A DNA stretch of 63,234 nt, the filler included, from Octopus bimaculoides (lineage: Eukaryota), in assembly GCF_001194135.2 (NCBI RefSeq). It is 4 parts of 3 records of this genome, joined end to end, with 100 filler letters (N's around TTAATTAATTAA, not from the genome) between each part and the next. Parts side by side here need not be neighbours in the genome. Positions count along the whole stretch, not along the records: positions 20,465 to 49,821 come from NC_068989.1; positions 49,922 to 58,713 come from NC_068982.1; 2 more parts are not named here. One strand, 5' to 3'. Of the stretch, positions 39,549 through 52,369 are shown in pieces. Below the pieces are notes generated by a model. That model made no database searches, was not told the DNA's origin, and saw only the letters and a program-made list of their open reading frames with translations. The translations under genes and the position numbers were made by a program. The first letter of the stretch is position 1. The number at the start of each line of letters is the position of its first letter.

Positions 39549-39631
39549 CAGGACTAACTGTCCAAGCTCGCCGCATTGTGTGTTGCAAACGTAACTTCAG
39601 TTGTTTTGAGACTGTTTCTCGTCTTCAGTAC
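39549..39631 (+). CDS. Putative internal coding exon of an unidentified gene: (A)GLTVQARRIVCCKRNFSCFETVSRLQY
   Basis: Pyrimidine tract plus tandem TAG/CAG acceptor (alternative start 39552), GTAAGT donor at 39632, only one of three frames open, and unique GC-richer sequence. No homology confirmation. Confidence 0.45.
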
Positions 39632-39850
39632 GTAAGTCGAGATTGAACTCAGATCGCAACGTACTCGTATTGTAAAGCATACTACCCGAGGCTCTAACGA
39701 CTCTGTCAACTGCCTTAAAATTGACAACGTCCAACACCTGGTCAGACACTTTCAATTCTGTCTGACGAGTATCGATTTGACAGACTGAATGCGCCGATAC
39801 GGGCGTCATATTACCTTACTGAGTGTGCCGATATAGATATCAAATTGACA

Positions 39851-40166
39851 AAGTGGTACTCCGTCGGCGGCGACAATAAGGACTCCAGTTGATCTGATCA
39901 ACAGAACAGCCTGCTCATGAAGTTAGCGTGCAAGTGGCTGAGCACTCACCAGACACTAGTACCCTTAATGTAGTTCTCAGGGTAATTCAGCGTGACACAG
40001 AATGTAACAAGGCTGGCTTTCTGACAACCCTATTTTACCAGCAGATTGGACTGAAGCAACATGCAGTAAAGTGTCTTGCTCAAGGACACAACACACCTTT
40101 GAGTACCGGGCCTCACAACCTTCTAATCGCGAGCCGAATACTCTGAACACTAAGCCACGTGACCTC
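39851..40166 (-). mobile_element. SINE family C
   Basis: CTCCGTCGG...CCAGTTGATCTGATCAACAGAACAGCCTGCTC...AGTGGCTGAGCACTC...GTGTCTTGCTCAAGGACACAAC. Confidence 0.85.
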
Positions 40167-40371
40167 ACTATCAAACTGATATAGCGATTACGACAAACCG
40201 GGTACCGAACTGGCGCACTAAATGCGACTATACGGGTTCGAAACTGATAAATACCGGACACTATTACGAATATACTATTACTGAACAAGGGAAAATTTTC
40301 AGGCCGAACCTCTTACTTTCCAAGGGCTGTGGTTTTGCAGATTTAGAATTAGATAACTCTTCTGTATGGAA

Positions 40372-40620
40372 GGGAGGAAGGCGCATGACCTGGTGGTGAA
40401 AATGACGCAGCTGCAATTGGGGTTTTTATTCCAGGACCGGTCAGTGCTTTGTCTTCTTGAGCAAATAAACATCATTTCACGTGGCTCTACTCCATTCCAC
40501 TCAGCTGTAAATGAGGGAGTAACTCCACGATGGACTGGTGTCCCGTTCAGAGTTCTGTTCTCGGTCACTTCCACCATGAAAATTGGGTAACTTGCCCTTT
40601 GAGTCCTAGCACTCAAGACA
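40372..40620 (+). mobile_element. tRNA-derived SINE, family C type, diverged
   Basis: GGAAGGCGCATGACC head, TTCTTGAGCAAA, CCACTCAGCTGTAAATGAG and ATGGACTGGTGTCCCGT. Confidence 0.7.
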
Positions 40621-40984
40621 GTAATTACTTCTTGGGCGGGAGACATAGTCAGTTGTGTGTGTGTAATGTGCAGAATGTCATAAGTAAGTAACCGGTAACC
40701 AGTCACATAAAGATATTACAGTAAGTCCGGCTCCCCTTATCAAGAGAGGATTGACATATATATGTGTGTATACATGTGTATGTGTGTCTCTATATATATT
40801 TTAATAAAAGTGAGTATGCATCTTTAGATACATAAGAGTGTTTCAAGATTTTAAACATGTTAAGAAATGATGATTTACTGAATATAGGAACCTATATTTC
40901 TTAAAATATTTATTCTGAAGTTGTAACGGTGTCTCTGAAACCTCCCCGGCGATGCTTAGTCAAGCCGCGAATGATTAAGTACCT

Positions 40985-41151
40985 GTGGCAAGTCGATTAC
41001 ATCGGTTCCAGTTCTTGCCTGGTGTTTACTTTATCGATGTCGCAAAAGATAAAAGGTAACATTGGTAGAATTTTGATCTCAGAACCTATAGCTTCAGAAG
41101 ACAAGCCACCAAGCATTTTGTCCGACGCACTAACGATTCTTCTAGTTAGCC
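40985..41151 (-). mobile_element. SINE family A, diverged
   Basis: AAGTCGATTACATCG...AAGCATTTTGTCCGACGCACTAACGATTC. Confidence 0.7.
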
Positions 41152-41598
41152 ATATTTGCTAGCTCAATAATTTGAGCTCTTTTGGAAATAAAAATATAAC
41201 ATACCGAAAGCACAAGACATATATCCTCCACCTACCACACACACACGAACACACAATCGCATACACATACACACAAGCATATGCATCACACCTCTTACAC
41301 ACACTCACTTAACTCCTTCACTCACGCATGCATATATGCACACATACATTTATGTAAGAATTTCGATCAAGCAGACGGCCATACTAATCTGTAATGATAA
41401 ACAAGTGCTTATCGAAGGCGCTGTCGATATCTTAGTGTTTAATCGCTAAACACCGGCAGCACCTGAGTCGTACCTAACTGGAGAAAACTTTCAGTTAGAT
41501 AAAAATAGTTTACTCAAGGAGAAACGATTTTTATTCGACATCATAGCAAGATTTTCCGAGGTGTTTGGAGCTCATATTGATATCTTTAATCTTTTAGT

Positions 41599-41984
41599 TT
41601 TTACTTGTTTCATTCATTAGACTGTGGCCATGCTGGAGCATCACCTTGAAGAATTTTACTTGAACAAATCGATTCCAGTATTTTTGTTTTTGCTGTAAAA
41701 CGTGATATTTATTCTATTTGTTGTTTTTGCCCACTCACTAAGATATGTGGACTTAAACGCCCCCAAAACAATTGTCAAGCGGTGGTAGAAGACAACCCCC
41801 CCACACACACATGTATATGTGTGTGTGCATGTATGTATGTATGTATGTATAATATATATATATANNNNNNNNNNNNNNNNNNNNNNNNNNNNNNNNNNNN
41901 NNNNNNNNNNNNNNNNNNNNNNNNNNNNNNNNNNNNNNNNNNNNNNNNNNNNNNNNNNNNNNNNNNNNNNNNNNNNNNNNNATG

Positions 41985-42015
<31 letters not shown>

Positions 42016-42165
42016 CGATAGGCTACTTTCTGTTTCCATCTGCTCACAAAGATTTGCTCGGCACGAGGCTATAATAGAAGATAGTTGCCCTAGGTACCAC
42101 GTAGTGGGACTGAATCCCGACCCATGCGGTTGGGAAGGAAGTTTTTCCCACAAGGCTACACCTGC
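41599..42165 (-). mobile_element. SINE family B, full length, central microsatellite in a gap
   Basis: TTTTACTTGTTTCA...GGCCATGCTGGAGCA tail and GGCTATAATAGAAGATAGTTGCCC...GTAGTGGGACTGAA head. Confidence 0.85.
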
Positions 42166-42331
42166 ATATTGTCTCCTGGATGTAATGTACCATATAGGAA
42201 ATTTACTATTTTTTAAAGTGGTACCTAGTCATTCTGGCTTCATGATATTGAACACCTCAAGTGTGGTGTCTCTATGAAGACCTATATAGGGGTATCAAGT
42301 TCTGGTTTTCAACATATATATTTTTCTTTTA

Positions 42332-42728
42332 TCTTTTACTTGCTTCAGTCGTTGGAATGCGACCATACTGGGATACCGCCTTGAAAAGTTTATCGCAAGA
42401 ATCGAGCTCAGTACTTATTTTAAAGTCCGGTGCTTGTTTCCTTATTCTATCGTATTATTTTATGGAAACGCTAACTTACGCGGACGCAAACCAAACAACA
42501 GCGCTTGTCAAACAGTGGTAGAGAACAAACACAAACACAAACACACACGCACAGATACAAGTAGTGAGCAACCACACAGTTTCCCCTTACCTAATTCCCT
42601 CAAAAGGCATTGATTGGGTCTGGGCTACAGTAAGTAGAATACACTTGCTCTTAAAGCTGACAGTGAGATTGAACACGAAACAACGTGATTGCAAATCGAG
42701 AGTTTCTTAACCACACAGCCATGCTTGT
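42332..42728 (-). mobile_element. SINE family B, full length, diverged
   Basis: Same tail and head motifs directly adjacent to the previous copy. Confidence 0.8.
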
Positions 42729-43336
42729 ACCTATATATAATCTGAACAAATCCAAAAGTTCAGCTTCGTCGTAGCTACCCATTGATACATGAAAAATTTC
42801 ATTTCCTTATATTTTTACCCAGAGGGCATTGCGATAAACGGGAGTGAATTCCTTTTTATTCATTACATTATAGATATCAATATAGGTTATGACAGCGTAT
42901 GTTTTTTTTCCAAAATTCTAGAGCTTTCAGAATAAAACTTTTTTACAAGCAGATGAATAAAATTCTATAATATCGAAATGAATGATTCCGCAGTTAGAAT
43001 CATATTTAATAATATTAAACTTCTAAATAATGGGTCTCCTACAATTCCGTTGTGATAAATGTGTAACTTGTCATATTTTCGTATTTCTAAGACCGAAAAT
43101 GCTTCCTGGCTATCCCTAGTTTACAAGTTGTTGGGCATAATAAACTTCGATTAACTGCAAAACAATCATTGTGATCCGCTAAGATGAGACAGAAACCGCG
43201 GTTTTCGAAGTTAGAACTAGATCTCATTTATTGAAACCAATTGTATGCGCTTTTATCCCTTCGGTAATTACTGAATATCAATTTAGCCTAGAATATTCGT
43301 AGGTATTCGTTACATTTCTTAAATAAAAATTAAATG

Positions 43337-43500
43337 CAGCGAGCTGGCAGAATCGGTAGTGCATCGACCAAAATGCAGTACTTCTTTCAGCTGTTTACAT
43401 TTTCAGCTCCAATTCCACCGAGGCTGAACTTCCTTTTCATCTTGGCGCCATCTATGAAACCATGAATACCAGTGGACTACGGCGGTCAATGTAATCAATT
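43337..43500 (+). mobile_element. SINE family A, diverged
   Basis: GCGAGCTGGCAGAATCGGTAG...AATTCCACCGAGG. Confidence 0.7.
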
Positions 43501-44042
43501 CTTTCTCTTCTCGAAATATTAGCTTTGTGTTTATATAAGAAAAAAATAGAAAATAAAAACCTGCTGTGAATATATATTTCTATTTTTATCAGTTTGCACG
43601 TATGTATCGATTTATCGCCCCTTACGAACGATTCCCGTGGCCTGTGTTGATCTGTATTCTAAAGAGAGAGAGAGAGGCGTCATCTTGGATAAAGATATGT
43701 TTTTCATTGCTGAGCGTATTTGTGATCGAATAATCGTAAAACTTGATCTCAATGAAAGAACGAATCACTGAATAAAGCCTCTCTCTCTCTTCCTTTCTCT
43801 CTCCCCCTTTCTCCCTCTCTCGCATACATACTCACACAGACATGTATTTGTGCACTTGTATAGGTTTGTATCTGTGTATATATATGTATCGATATAAGCT
43901 TACACGAGTCTGTGTGTGTATTTATATATAGATGAATATATATGTATATGTGTATACACCCCCCCCCCCNNNNNNNNNNNNACATATATATATTTACGCA
44001 TACATATATGTATATGTACACACACACACACAGATACACATA

Positions 44043-44086
<44 letters not shown>

Positions 44087-44706
44087 AGCGGTTTCTATTA
44101 TAATTTTTTCCGTATGATAAATATAACCACAGAAGAGAAACTCACACATAAATTTATATACTATATTGATCTATACATATATAGCGTATATAAGTATACA
44201 TCCACGCATGCGCAGGCACACACACACATGCACACACGCACACATATAAATATACAACTACCCTCATTCATTAAGCTTATATATTTTCCTTGCGTGACGG
44301 TGTGGAGAGCATGATATATACTGCTTTTGTTTCCTGTATCTGCTGGTGTTGTACAGTCACCCACTACCACAAACACCACCACCTACATACTTATTCTCAA
44401 AAATTACCGAAAACATTGCACTCAAATATTAAGAACTGCTGGGAGCGATCGTTTGAAGTATTCGCTATTGATATCTCTGATTGATTTTCAAATCAAATAA
44501 AACCCTCGAAGAAATAGAATAAAGCCGAATGAGTGTTTTGTTCTCAAGACGACATTCAATACTAAAGGGTCATGGTATAATAAGGATAAATTGATGTCAC
44601 GTGACTAATATTGTTTTGATTAGATATTATAATTAGAAAATAATAATCTCGCATTTTCTTTGTCTCCCCTAGAATCTATTCTAACTTAATATGTCCTCCT
44701 CTAATG

Positions 44707-44761
<55 letters not shown>

Positions 44762-45035
44762 CCTGCATATAATGGATCTCGTATATATGTACGGTTCGAT
44801 TGCAGATACACATAAAGATAAATATTTCTATAAACATACAGACAGGGAAAGATTGTATAAACAAACAAATCAATAACTACACACATATACACCACACCAC
44901 CAACATTTCTGCTTTTTTAGATATGTGTGTATACATGCGTGAACGTGCGTATGTATGTGCGTAAGTATGTATGTATGTATATTTTAAATGGGTGCTGAGC
45001 AAAGTAAATATAAAGATAGATATGTCAATATATAG

Positions 45036-45069
<34 letters not shown>

Positions 45070-45115
45070 AATATGTGTGTGTATGTATATGTATTTATGT
45101 TTCTATGTATTTTTC

Positions 45116-45162
<47 letters not shown>

Positions 45163-46054
45163 NNNNNNNNNNNNNNNNNNNNNNNNNNNNNNNNNNNNNN
45201 NNNNNNNNNNNNNNNNNNNNNNNNNNNNNNNNNNNNNNNNNNNNNNNNNNNNNNNNNNNNNNNNNNNNNNNNNNNNNNNNNNNNNNNNNNNNNNNNNNNN
45301 NNNNNNNNNNNNNNNNNNNNNNNNNNNNNNNNNNNNNNNNNNNNNNNNNNNNNNNNNNNNNNNNNNNNNNNNNNNNNNNNNNNNNNNNNNNNNNNNNNNN
45401 NNNNNNNNNNNNNNNNNNNNNNNNNNNNNNNNNNNNNNNNNNNNNNNNNNNNNNNNNNNNNNNNNNNNNNNNNNNNNNNNNNNNNNNNNNNNNNNNNNNN
45501 NNNNNNNNNNNNNNNNNNNNNNNNNNNNNNNNNNNNNNNNNNNNNNNNNNNNNNNNNNNNNNNNNNNNNNNNNNNNNNNNNNNNNNNNNNNNNNNNNNNN
45601 NNNNNNNNNNNNNNNNNNNNNNNNNNNNNNNNNNNNNNNNNNNNNNNNNNNNNNNNNNNNNNNNNNNNNNNNNNNNNNNNNNNNNNNNNNNNNNNNNNNN
45701 NNNNNNNNNNNNNNNNNNNNNNNNNNNNNNNNNNNNNNNNNNNNNNNNNNNNNNNNNNNNNNNNNNNNNNNNNNNNNNNNNNNNNNNNNNNNNNNNNNNN
45801 NNNNNNNNNNNNNNNNNNNNNNNNNNNNNNNNNNNNNNNNNNNNNNNNNNNNNNNNNNNNNNNNNNNNNNNNNNNNNNNNNNNNNNNNNNNNNNNNNNNN
45901 NNNNNNNNNNNNNNNNNNNNNNNNNNNNNNNNNNNNNNNNNNNNNNNNNNNNNNNNNNNNNNNNNNNNNNNNNNNNNNNNNNNNNNNNNNNNNNNNNNNN
46001 NNNNNNNNNNNNNNNNNNNNNNNNNNNNNNNNNNNNNNNNNNNNNNNNNNNNNN

Positions 46055-46123
<69 letters not shown>

Positions 46124-47693
46124 GTCTGTCTGTCTGTGTGTTTGTGTGTCTGTCCACGTATGTGCATGTGTGCTTGTGTGTGTGTGTGTGTGTGAAGAGA
46201 GAGTGTATGTGTGTGTGTCTATATATAATCTCTGCAATCTGAACTTTCATGAAGTTAATTGCCAATCGATTAAGATATCCTCAAGCAGGATTGGCCTAAA
46301 TGTCTTTCCATATCAGACATCAACATGGAACTTAAACAGTTCATATCTGTAATCTAAACCAAATTCAACAAATTTTTCCCAGAGCACAAGGCTAACACAC
46401 ACAAGAATATAATCTCTAGGGAGAGGAAAATTCTTATGAGACGACAGACAATGATTGAAAGCCACCTAAACAAGCATCTCAAAATTTCAACTAAAACTCG
46501 TCCAAGCTGTACCCCAGCATGGCCATAGCCTGAATGACTGAAGCAAGTAAAAGGAAACAGATAAAAGATAAAAGAATCTTGTGCGAATTTAAAGAATAGC
46601 TTATATGGATATAGGCGGAGTATCGGGGAAAATAGTTAATAATGAAATAGAGAAGAAATTCAGGTTATTGATTTGCGGGGCAAACATTGAGTAACTTTTA
46701 AAATGGGGTTTCTAAATAATTTTGAAATTTCAGTGATCGAATTCTTAAAACACTTTAAGATCTCCAGTGTAGAGGGGAATAACTTGTTAGATTAACATTG
46801 AAAGAGATTTTAGCAGACGATATGATATGTTTGATTAATAATGAGGAAATATTAATTAATATTAAGGTGATTATGTATGTATCGCTAAAAAACATCAATG
46901 ACACATTATTCAGCAGTTAATAATCAACAATGACATAAAAGAATATTAGATGAAGAGAGAAGATTGCAAATTTACGAGGAAAATCTAAAACGGTGTAAAT
47001 AAATAATTGTGTTGAATAAACGTATTTGAATAATAATAATAATAAAAAAAAACGCAAATATTAATTAAGGGGTTTACTTTAAATTAAATTAATATATTTC
47101 GATAAAAGATTGCAAACTATTAATTTAAGAACCAACGTTAGAATATGCTGCAACAGTAATATTGTGTGAATAAACGATTTGATGAGAAATATAGATGAAA
47201 CAAAGAAGATTCAGGAATTTAAGCAAATTATTTTGAGCGCTGAGATGGCATTTGGTTAAAAACAACAGATTAAATAATTCTTTTTTTGATGAAAGAAATC
47301 AGGAGAGATCAGAAGATATTCGGATGGCTCAAGAAACAATAACAAAATCAAAATCAAAATATATAATTGCCAGTGAAACATCCTTGCAAACATACCGGTT
47401 GTTATTTGCAGAAACTGCATCCAGATGGTTATGGATGATTCACCTTCCAACACAAGGACTGACGCGGGACAGAGGAGCCATCATGTTGCCTCTTTACCAC
47501 CCGTACGTCGATGCTCCTATTTGTAACTCGCTTGCAATTAATTACATTTCATTTAGTAATATGTTTCTTTCTATCTATCTATCTATCTATCTTTCTATCT
47601 ATCTTTATATCGACTATTCTATATTTCTGAAATAAGAAATTTATATCATGTACTCTGTTTACATTACACGGACGGTGTCCTCATCTTGAGGAC

Positions 47694-47729
<36 letters not shown>

Positions 47730-47957
47730 TAGATAGGGAGAATTCACAAAAAACAACAACAAAAGACGAAGACAGGTGGTGTAGAAAACAAACAGATGTA
47801 TTAGTATAACGCTCGGGAATTGAAAACGTCTTTAAAGTTTCGAGACTACGCTCAACCACAGGAAGGAACACAGAAAGACACGGTGTATTGATCCAACGAA
47901 AACAGATGTTCAGCTGATACAATTCGATCTATAACTTGCCTGAAACATTTCATCAGT

Positions 47958-48042
47958 TAGCGTTTTTCCCCACATAGCGTTTTCCCCCACAGCGTTTTTC
48001 CCCCACATAGCGTTTTTCCCCCACATAGCGTTTTTCCCCACA
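47958..48042. repeat. 17-18 bp minisatellite x5 (TAGCGTTTTTCCCCACA)
   Basis: Directly visible. Confidence 0.95.
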
Positions 48043-49179
48043 TACCAAGCTTCTAAATTATATTCACGTCCCAAGTACTGCAAACTAGTCAGTTGTGACA
48101 AGAGTGTTTTGTGGGATGCGTTCAAAGTTCTTTTCAACCTGGAATAACAGTTTGGCAGGTCAGCTTATTAGATATATTGTAAAGATATACTAAATTTACA
48201 TTAATCTAGAGCAGTTATAACTACCTTAAGCCTACTCTTAAGGGATGCCGTATTAACTTACAGGTAGTAAGCAATTCTATTTGTAGCGCATTAATGCAGT
48301 CAGTTCTTTTTTGTTTGGTATCTGGACCTCAGCTTTTTTTTACAAAACACCATCCGCACAGTTTCGTATACCGTCTTCTTATCAACGTTGTGTAACACAG
48401 AGTTGTTAATCCGTAAGGGTTTCTTTTATTTTTTCATTATTTCACATTTTAACAGCATATAACATCCACCTGCAAAATTTGCGAACCACAAATATATCGG
48501 CTTTCTATTTACTTGTTCATGAACGGATTAATCAGGCAAAAAAGCACACACTTTTGTAACGCATCACTGCCACAACTCTAGCTTTAACTGAATTCTTCCA
48601 ATGAGTGAAAACTTTCTTTGTCCTGTAATGTTAGTATATATATTGTTACTGCTGTTGCTAATATCGTGCAAATTTGAATAGTTTTTAAACATTCTGACTC
48701 TGTCTTGCACAAGATTATATTTTTGGTTGTTGAATTAAGACTATGTTTGTGAATGCAAATTTGTTTCATTATCAATGGTTTTGTTTAAGTGTTATTTATT
48801 TGAAATCTGTTGTGTTTTTTTTTTTATAAAAAATATTCGTTTTTTCTTGTATTCAAAAATTATGCCGTGTTGTCGAGCATATCCAGTATTGCGATCTTTA
48901 TTCTATTAGAGAAGGAACGAGTTCCTGCTTGTCTAGTAGAAAAACTAATAATGAAACAGAATGTAAACACACGAAAAATAAATAGTTTTCAGAAAAATGA
49001 AAAATATATCAAAAAGCAGTAATTTCATATCTCTCAAGTACTTTCTGAGATATCCTGATAATTTGAAGTCGACTGCTTGTCAAATAATCCGAAAAAGAAA
49101 GGAATCTAGTCAGCTAGTGTAACCTAGAACTAATCCACTTTCCCCAGAGTGGTTCGAAACATGTACGTTCACGCCAAGC

Positions 49180-49239
<60 letters not shown>

Positions 49240-49271
49240 GTAATAATAATAATAATAATAGTAATAATAAT

Positions 49272-49725
49272 AATAATACCAACAACAATACCGACCAAAG
49301 CCTTGTGAGTGGATTTCGAAAACGGAAACTGAAAGAAGCCCGTCGTATGCATATATATTAGACCGAATCAGGTAACATATCCAAGTCTGCGAGGAGTTTT
49401 CAGGTCATTTATAATGAAAAAGTCTTACAGCTGTTTCTGAGATATTACGTATATCCCTTCGTCAGAGAGTGTGTGAGAAAAAAATATATATGTGTGTGTG
49501 TGTGTGTTTGTGTGTCTGTGTTTGTACCCCCACGATTGCTTGACAACCGATGCTGGTGTGTTTATGCCCCAGTAACTTAGCAGTTCGGCAAAAGAAACCG
49601 ATAGAATAAGTACTATGCTTCCAAAGAATAAGTCCTGGGGTCGATTCGTGCGACTAAAGGCGGTCCTCCAGCATGGCCGCAGTCAACTGACTGAAACAAG
49701 TAAAGGAATAAGAGAATAAAAGAAT
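49272..49725 (+). mobile_element. 5'-truncated SINE family B containing an insertion of about 120 bp (49360-49480)
   Basis: CCGACCAAAGCCTTGTGAGTGG...GAAAGAAGCCCGTCGTAT, then the insert, then the GT microsatellite and an intact 3' half ending GACTGAAACAAGTAAAGG. Confidence 0.88.
49423..49468 (-). ncRNA. Minimal type I hammerhead ribozyme motif (Penelope-like element type)
   Basis: Minus strand: UCU-CUGACGA-A-GGGAUAU(ACGUA)AUAUCUC-A-GAAA-C-AGCU-G-UA-AGA. It has a 3-bp stem I, a 7-bp stem II, a palindromic AGCU stem III loop and a GUA cleavage triplet, with an A.A mismatch at the base of stem II. Confidence 0.7.
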
Positions 49726-49729
49726 AACT

Positions 49730-49821
<92 letters not shown>

Positions 49822-50237
49822 NNNNNNNNNNNNNNNNNNNNNNNNNNNNNNNNNNNNNNNNNNNNTTAATTAATTAANNNNNNNNNNNNNNNNNNNNNNN
49901 NNNNNNNNNNNNNNNNNNNNNTATATATATAATTGTAGGTTTACTGTTAATACCGATACAGATGTACATAGATTTATGTTTCTTATTGTAGTCTAATGTT
50001 AAAGTTAGTGTTTAACCCTGCCTATATGTGAATGCTGTTGTACATAGGGTAAATGTATTTGAAAGTTGTGCGTTTTGTTTTTACGTATGTTTGCTCCCAA
50101 ACAGCGCTTCTTTTAGTGCTGTTGACACCGCCGGATTGAATGGCACTGCCCAGGTGTCGAAACCATAATGATATCTGGGGGCAGCTGATGATGGAGGTAT
50201 GTTGGATTGTTGGTATGACTGTTTTTGTATATGTGGA

Positions 50238-50627
50238 ATGGTGTGTGGTAAGTGGCTTGCTTACCAACCACATGATTCCGGGTTCATTCCCACTGCGTGG
50301 TACCTTGGGCAAGTGTCTTCTACTATAGCCTCGGGCCAACCAAAGACTTGTGAGTGGATTGGGTAGATGGAAACTGAACTAAAGCCCGTCGTATATTTGT
50401 ATATATATGTATGTGTGTGTATATGCTTGTGTGTCTGTGTTTGTCCCCACAACATAGCTTGAAAACCGATGGTGGTGTGTTTACGTCCCCGTAACCTAGC
50501 GGTTCAGCAAAAGAGACCGATAGAATAAGTACTAGGCTTACAAAGAATTAGTCCTGGGGTCGATTTGCTCGACTAAAGGCGGTGCTCCAGCATGGCCGCA
50601 GTCAAATGACTGAAACAAGTAAAAGAG
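50238..50627 (+). mobile_element. SINE family B, full length, well conserved
   Basis: tRNA-like head (TGTGTGGTAAGT...GGGTTCATTCCCACTG), CCTTGGGCAAGTGTCTT core-like segment, central AT/GT microsatellite, and tail CCAGCATGGCCGCAGTCAAATGACTGAAACAAGTAAAAG. Confidence 0.95.
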
Positions 50628-50936
50628 TATATATATATATATATAATATATATACATATATATATATGTATTTATATATATACATATGAATATATAAATT
50701 TATATATGCAAATTAATATATATATATGTGCTTACATATTAATATATATATATACATATATGCATATATGCATGTATGTGTGTATTTATGTATGCATGTA
50801 TATATGTATGTATTATATACCTTGTAATATTGCCCAATCATTTATATTTATAATAATGATTGATCCGAACCAAGTATTGTTGAAACGATCATAAGGAAGG
50901 AATAAAGGGGTTCTTAAATTTATAAATTACCTTTTG

Positions 50937-50967
<31 letters not shown>

Positions 50968-51340
50968 CGCACACAAACATGTTTCTGCACGAAGATCAAT
51001 TTTATAGAGAAATAAAGATTAGATTGATGCATCTTCAGGGGAGGATTTTGAAAGAAAGAGAAGCACCAAAACTACTATTGTTACAGACACTGGGATATGT
51101 TTGCTACACATCCACAAAGGGCAGCTGAACTTATGCAAATAAGTATAAAAGTATTCACCAAAAAGAAATGAAAAATAATGATAAAATCGAACACCGTACC
51201 GCCATAGCTTAACTTTGATTATTGAATTATATTTATAGAATTAAAGTTTCGACATTAAAATAACAAATTCCGTAGTGTAATAGCTCTCAGTAGTGTAAAT
51301 AATCTCTAGAGAATGGATAATACATTATGTAATCATGATG

Positions 51341-51423
51341 GTTTATGACCTAGTGGTTAGGGTGTCGGACTCATGATCATAAGGTCGTGGGTTCGATTTC
51401 TAGACGGGCGGTGCTTTGTGTCT
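51341..51423 (+). mobile_element. SINE family C tRNA-like head
   Basis: TGACCTAGTGGTTAGGG A-box and GGGTTCGATTTC B-box; no acceptor stem. Confidence 0.7.
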
Positions 51424-51522
51424 TTTTCGTTTCTTTAATTTGCTTTTGTTGAGGCATGTTAATTCAGTGAGTAGGTGATACAGTCTAACAAAACAACTGA
51501 ATCCTCATCGTCAGACGACGGA

Positions 51523-51658
51523 AATCCTCCTCCTCCTCAACCACCACCACCACCACCACCACCACCGCTGCCACCTCTGCTGCCATCGCCGCCACCACCT
51601 CCGCCGCCATCGCTGCCACCACCTCCGCCGCCACCAGCACCACCACCACCACCACCAT
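51523..51658. repeat. (CCA/CCG/CCT)n microsatellite
   Basis: Directly visible degenerate trinucleotide run. Confidence 0.93.
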
Positions 51659-52369
51659 GCCCTATCATATCAAGTAGAAATTTCACACCACATGTTGCCC
51701 TCATCCTACGTATTGTTCAGTAGCGGAGTAAATAATCAGTTCAGTTGCGTGGGTTTCTCGAAGCAATTTGATGGATTAACTTTTATTCTTCGTGAGAAGA
51801 AACTGCATCGGCGTGATTCAACAACGTTAAACAAAACAATCAGCCGTTGAGATGGGTGTAACCACAGTTGCCTTCTACTAACATTAATTTCGTATTTTAC
51901 TGAAGTAACGACTTATAAAGTAGCCTACTACAGAAAAGAATAAACGATTCAGAGAAATGGATGTCTGTATATATTTTTTGACTGCATAATTTCTTCGTTG
52001 GTAGAAACAAGTTTGTATATTTATATTTTATACAGGAATTGGTAAACAGTTGAGTCATTGTTTACAAGTTTCTACCGGGATAATTACTGGTTCGCTGAAT
52101 TTCTGATTGCGAGACTGACAATGTAATATCAGTAAGTTTGCCAATGAGAGAGATTATATATCAAAAAGGCTTTGATTTCTGGATTTTCTCCATTCCAAGT
52201 GGTTTTACTGTGCGTCAAAAAAAAATCCCTAGCCTGGATATTTCTGTTATCTCGCGCAAAATATACGTATACACGTAGAAAATAACCGCCCCACACATAT
52301 ACACACACATACATACATATATACATATATGTATATATATGTCTGTATGCGCATGAGAGTGTGCATGGA

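Noticed and set aside
39762-39806. Hammerhead-like CTGACGA followed by a 6-bp stem
   Set aside because: The required GAAA after stem II is absent (GGGC instead).
44971-46352. Long ORFs spanning N gaps (also at 2.0-2.6, 21.3-22.0, 33.6-34.2 and 56.6-57.7 kb)
   Set aside because: They consist of X residues plus translated dinucleotide repeats.
47412-47502. Plus-strand exon candidate and the 127-aa ORF 47252-47635
   Set aside because: The peptides (EDIRMAQETITKSKSKY, TYRL, HHVASL/LYHPY) look more like a decayed Gypsy integrase C-terminus. Neither interpretation is firm enough to annotate.
51475-51723. Polyproline ORF resembling a formin FH1 domain
   Set aside because: It is a simple CCN microsatellite with no flanking domains or convincing splice sites.
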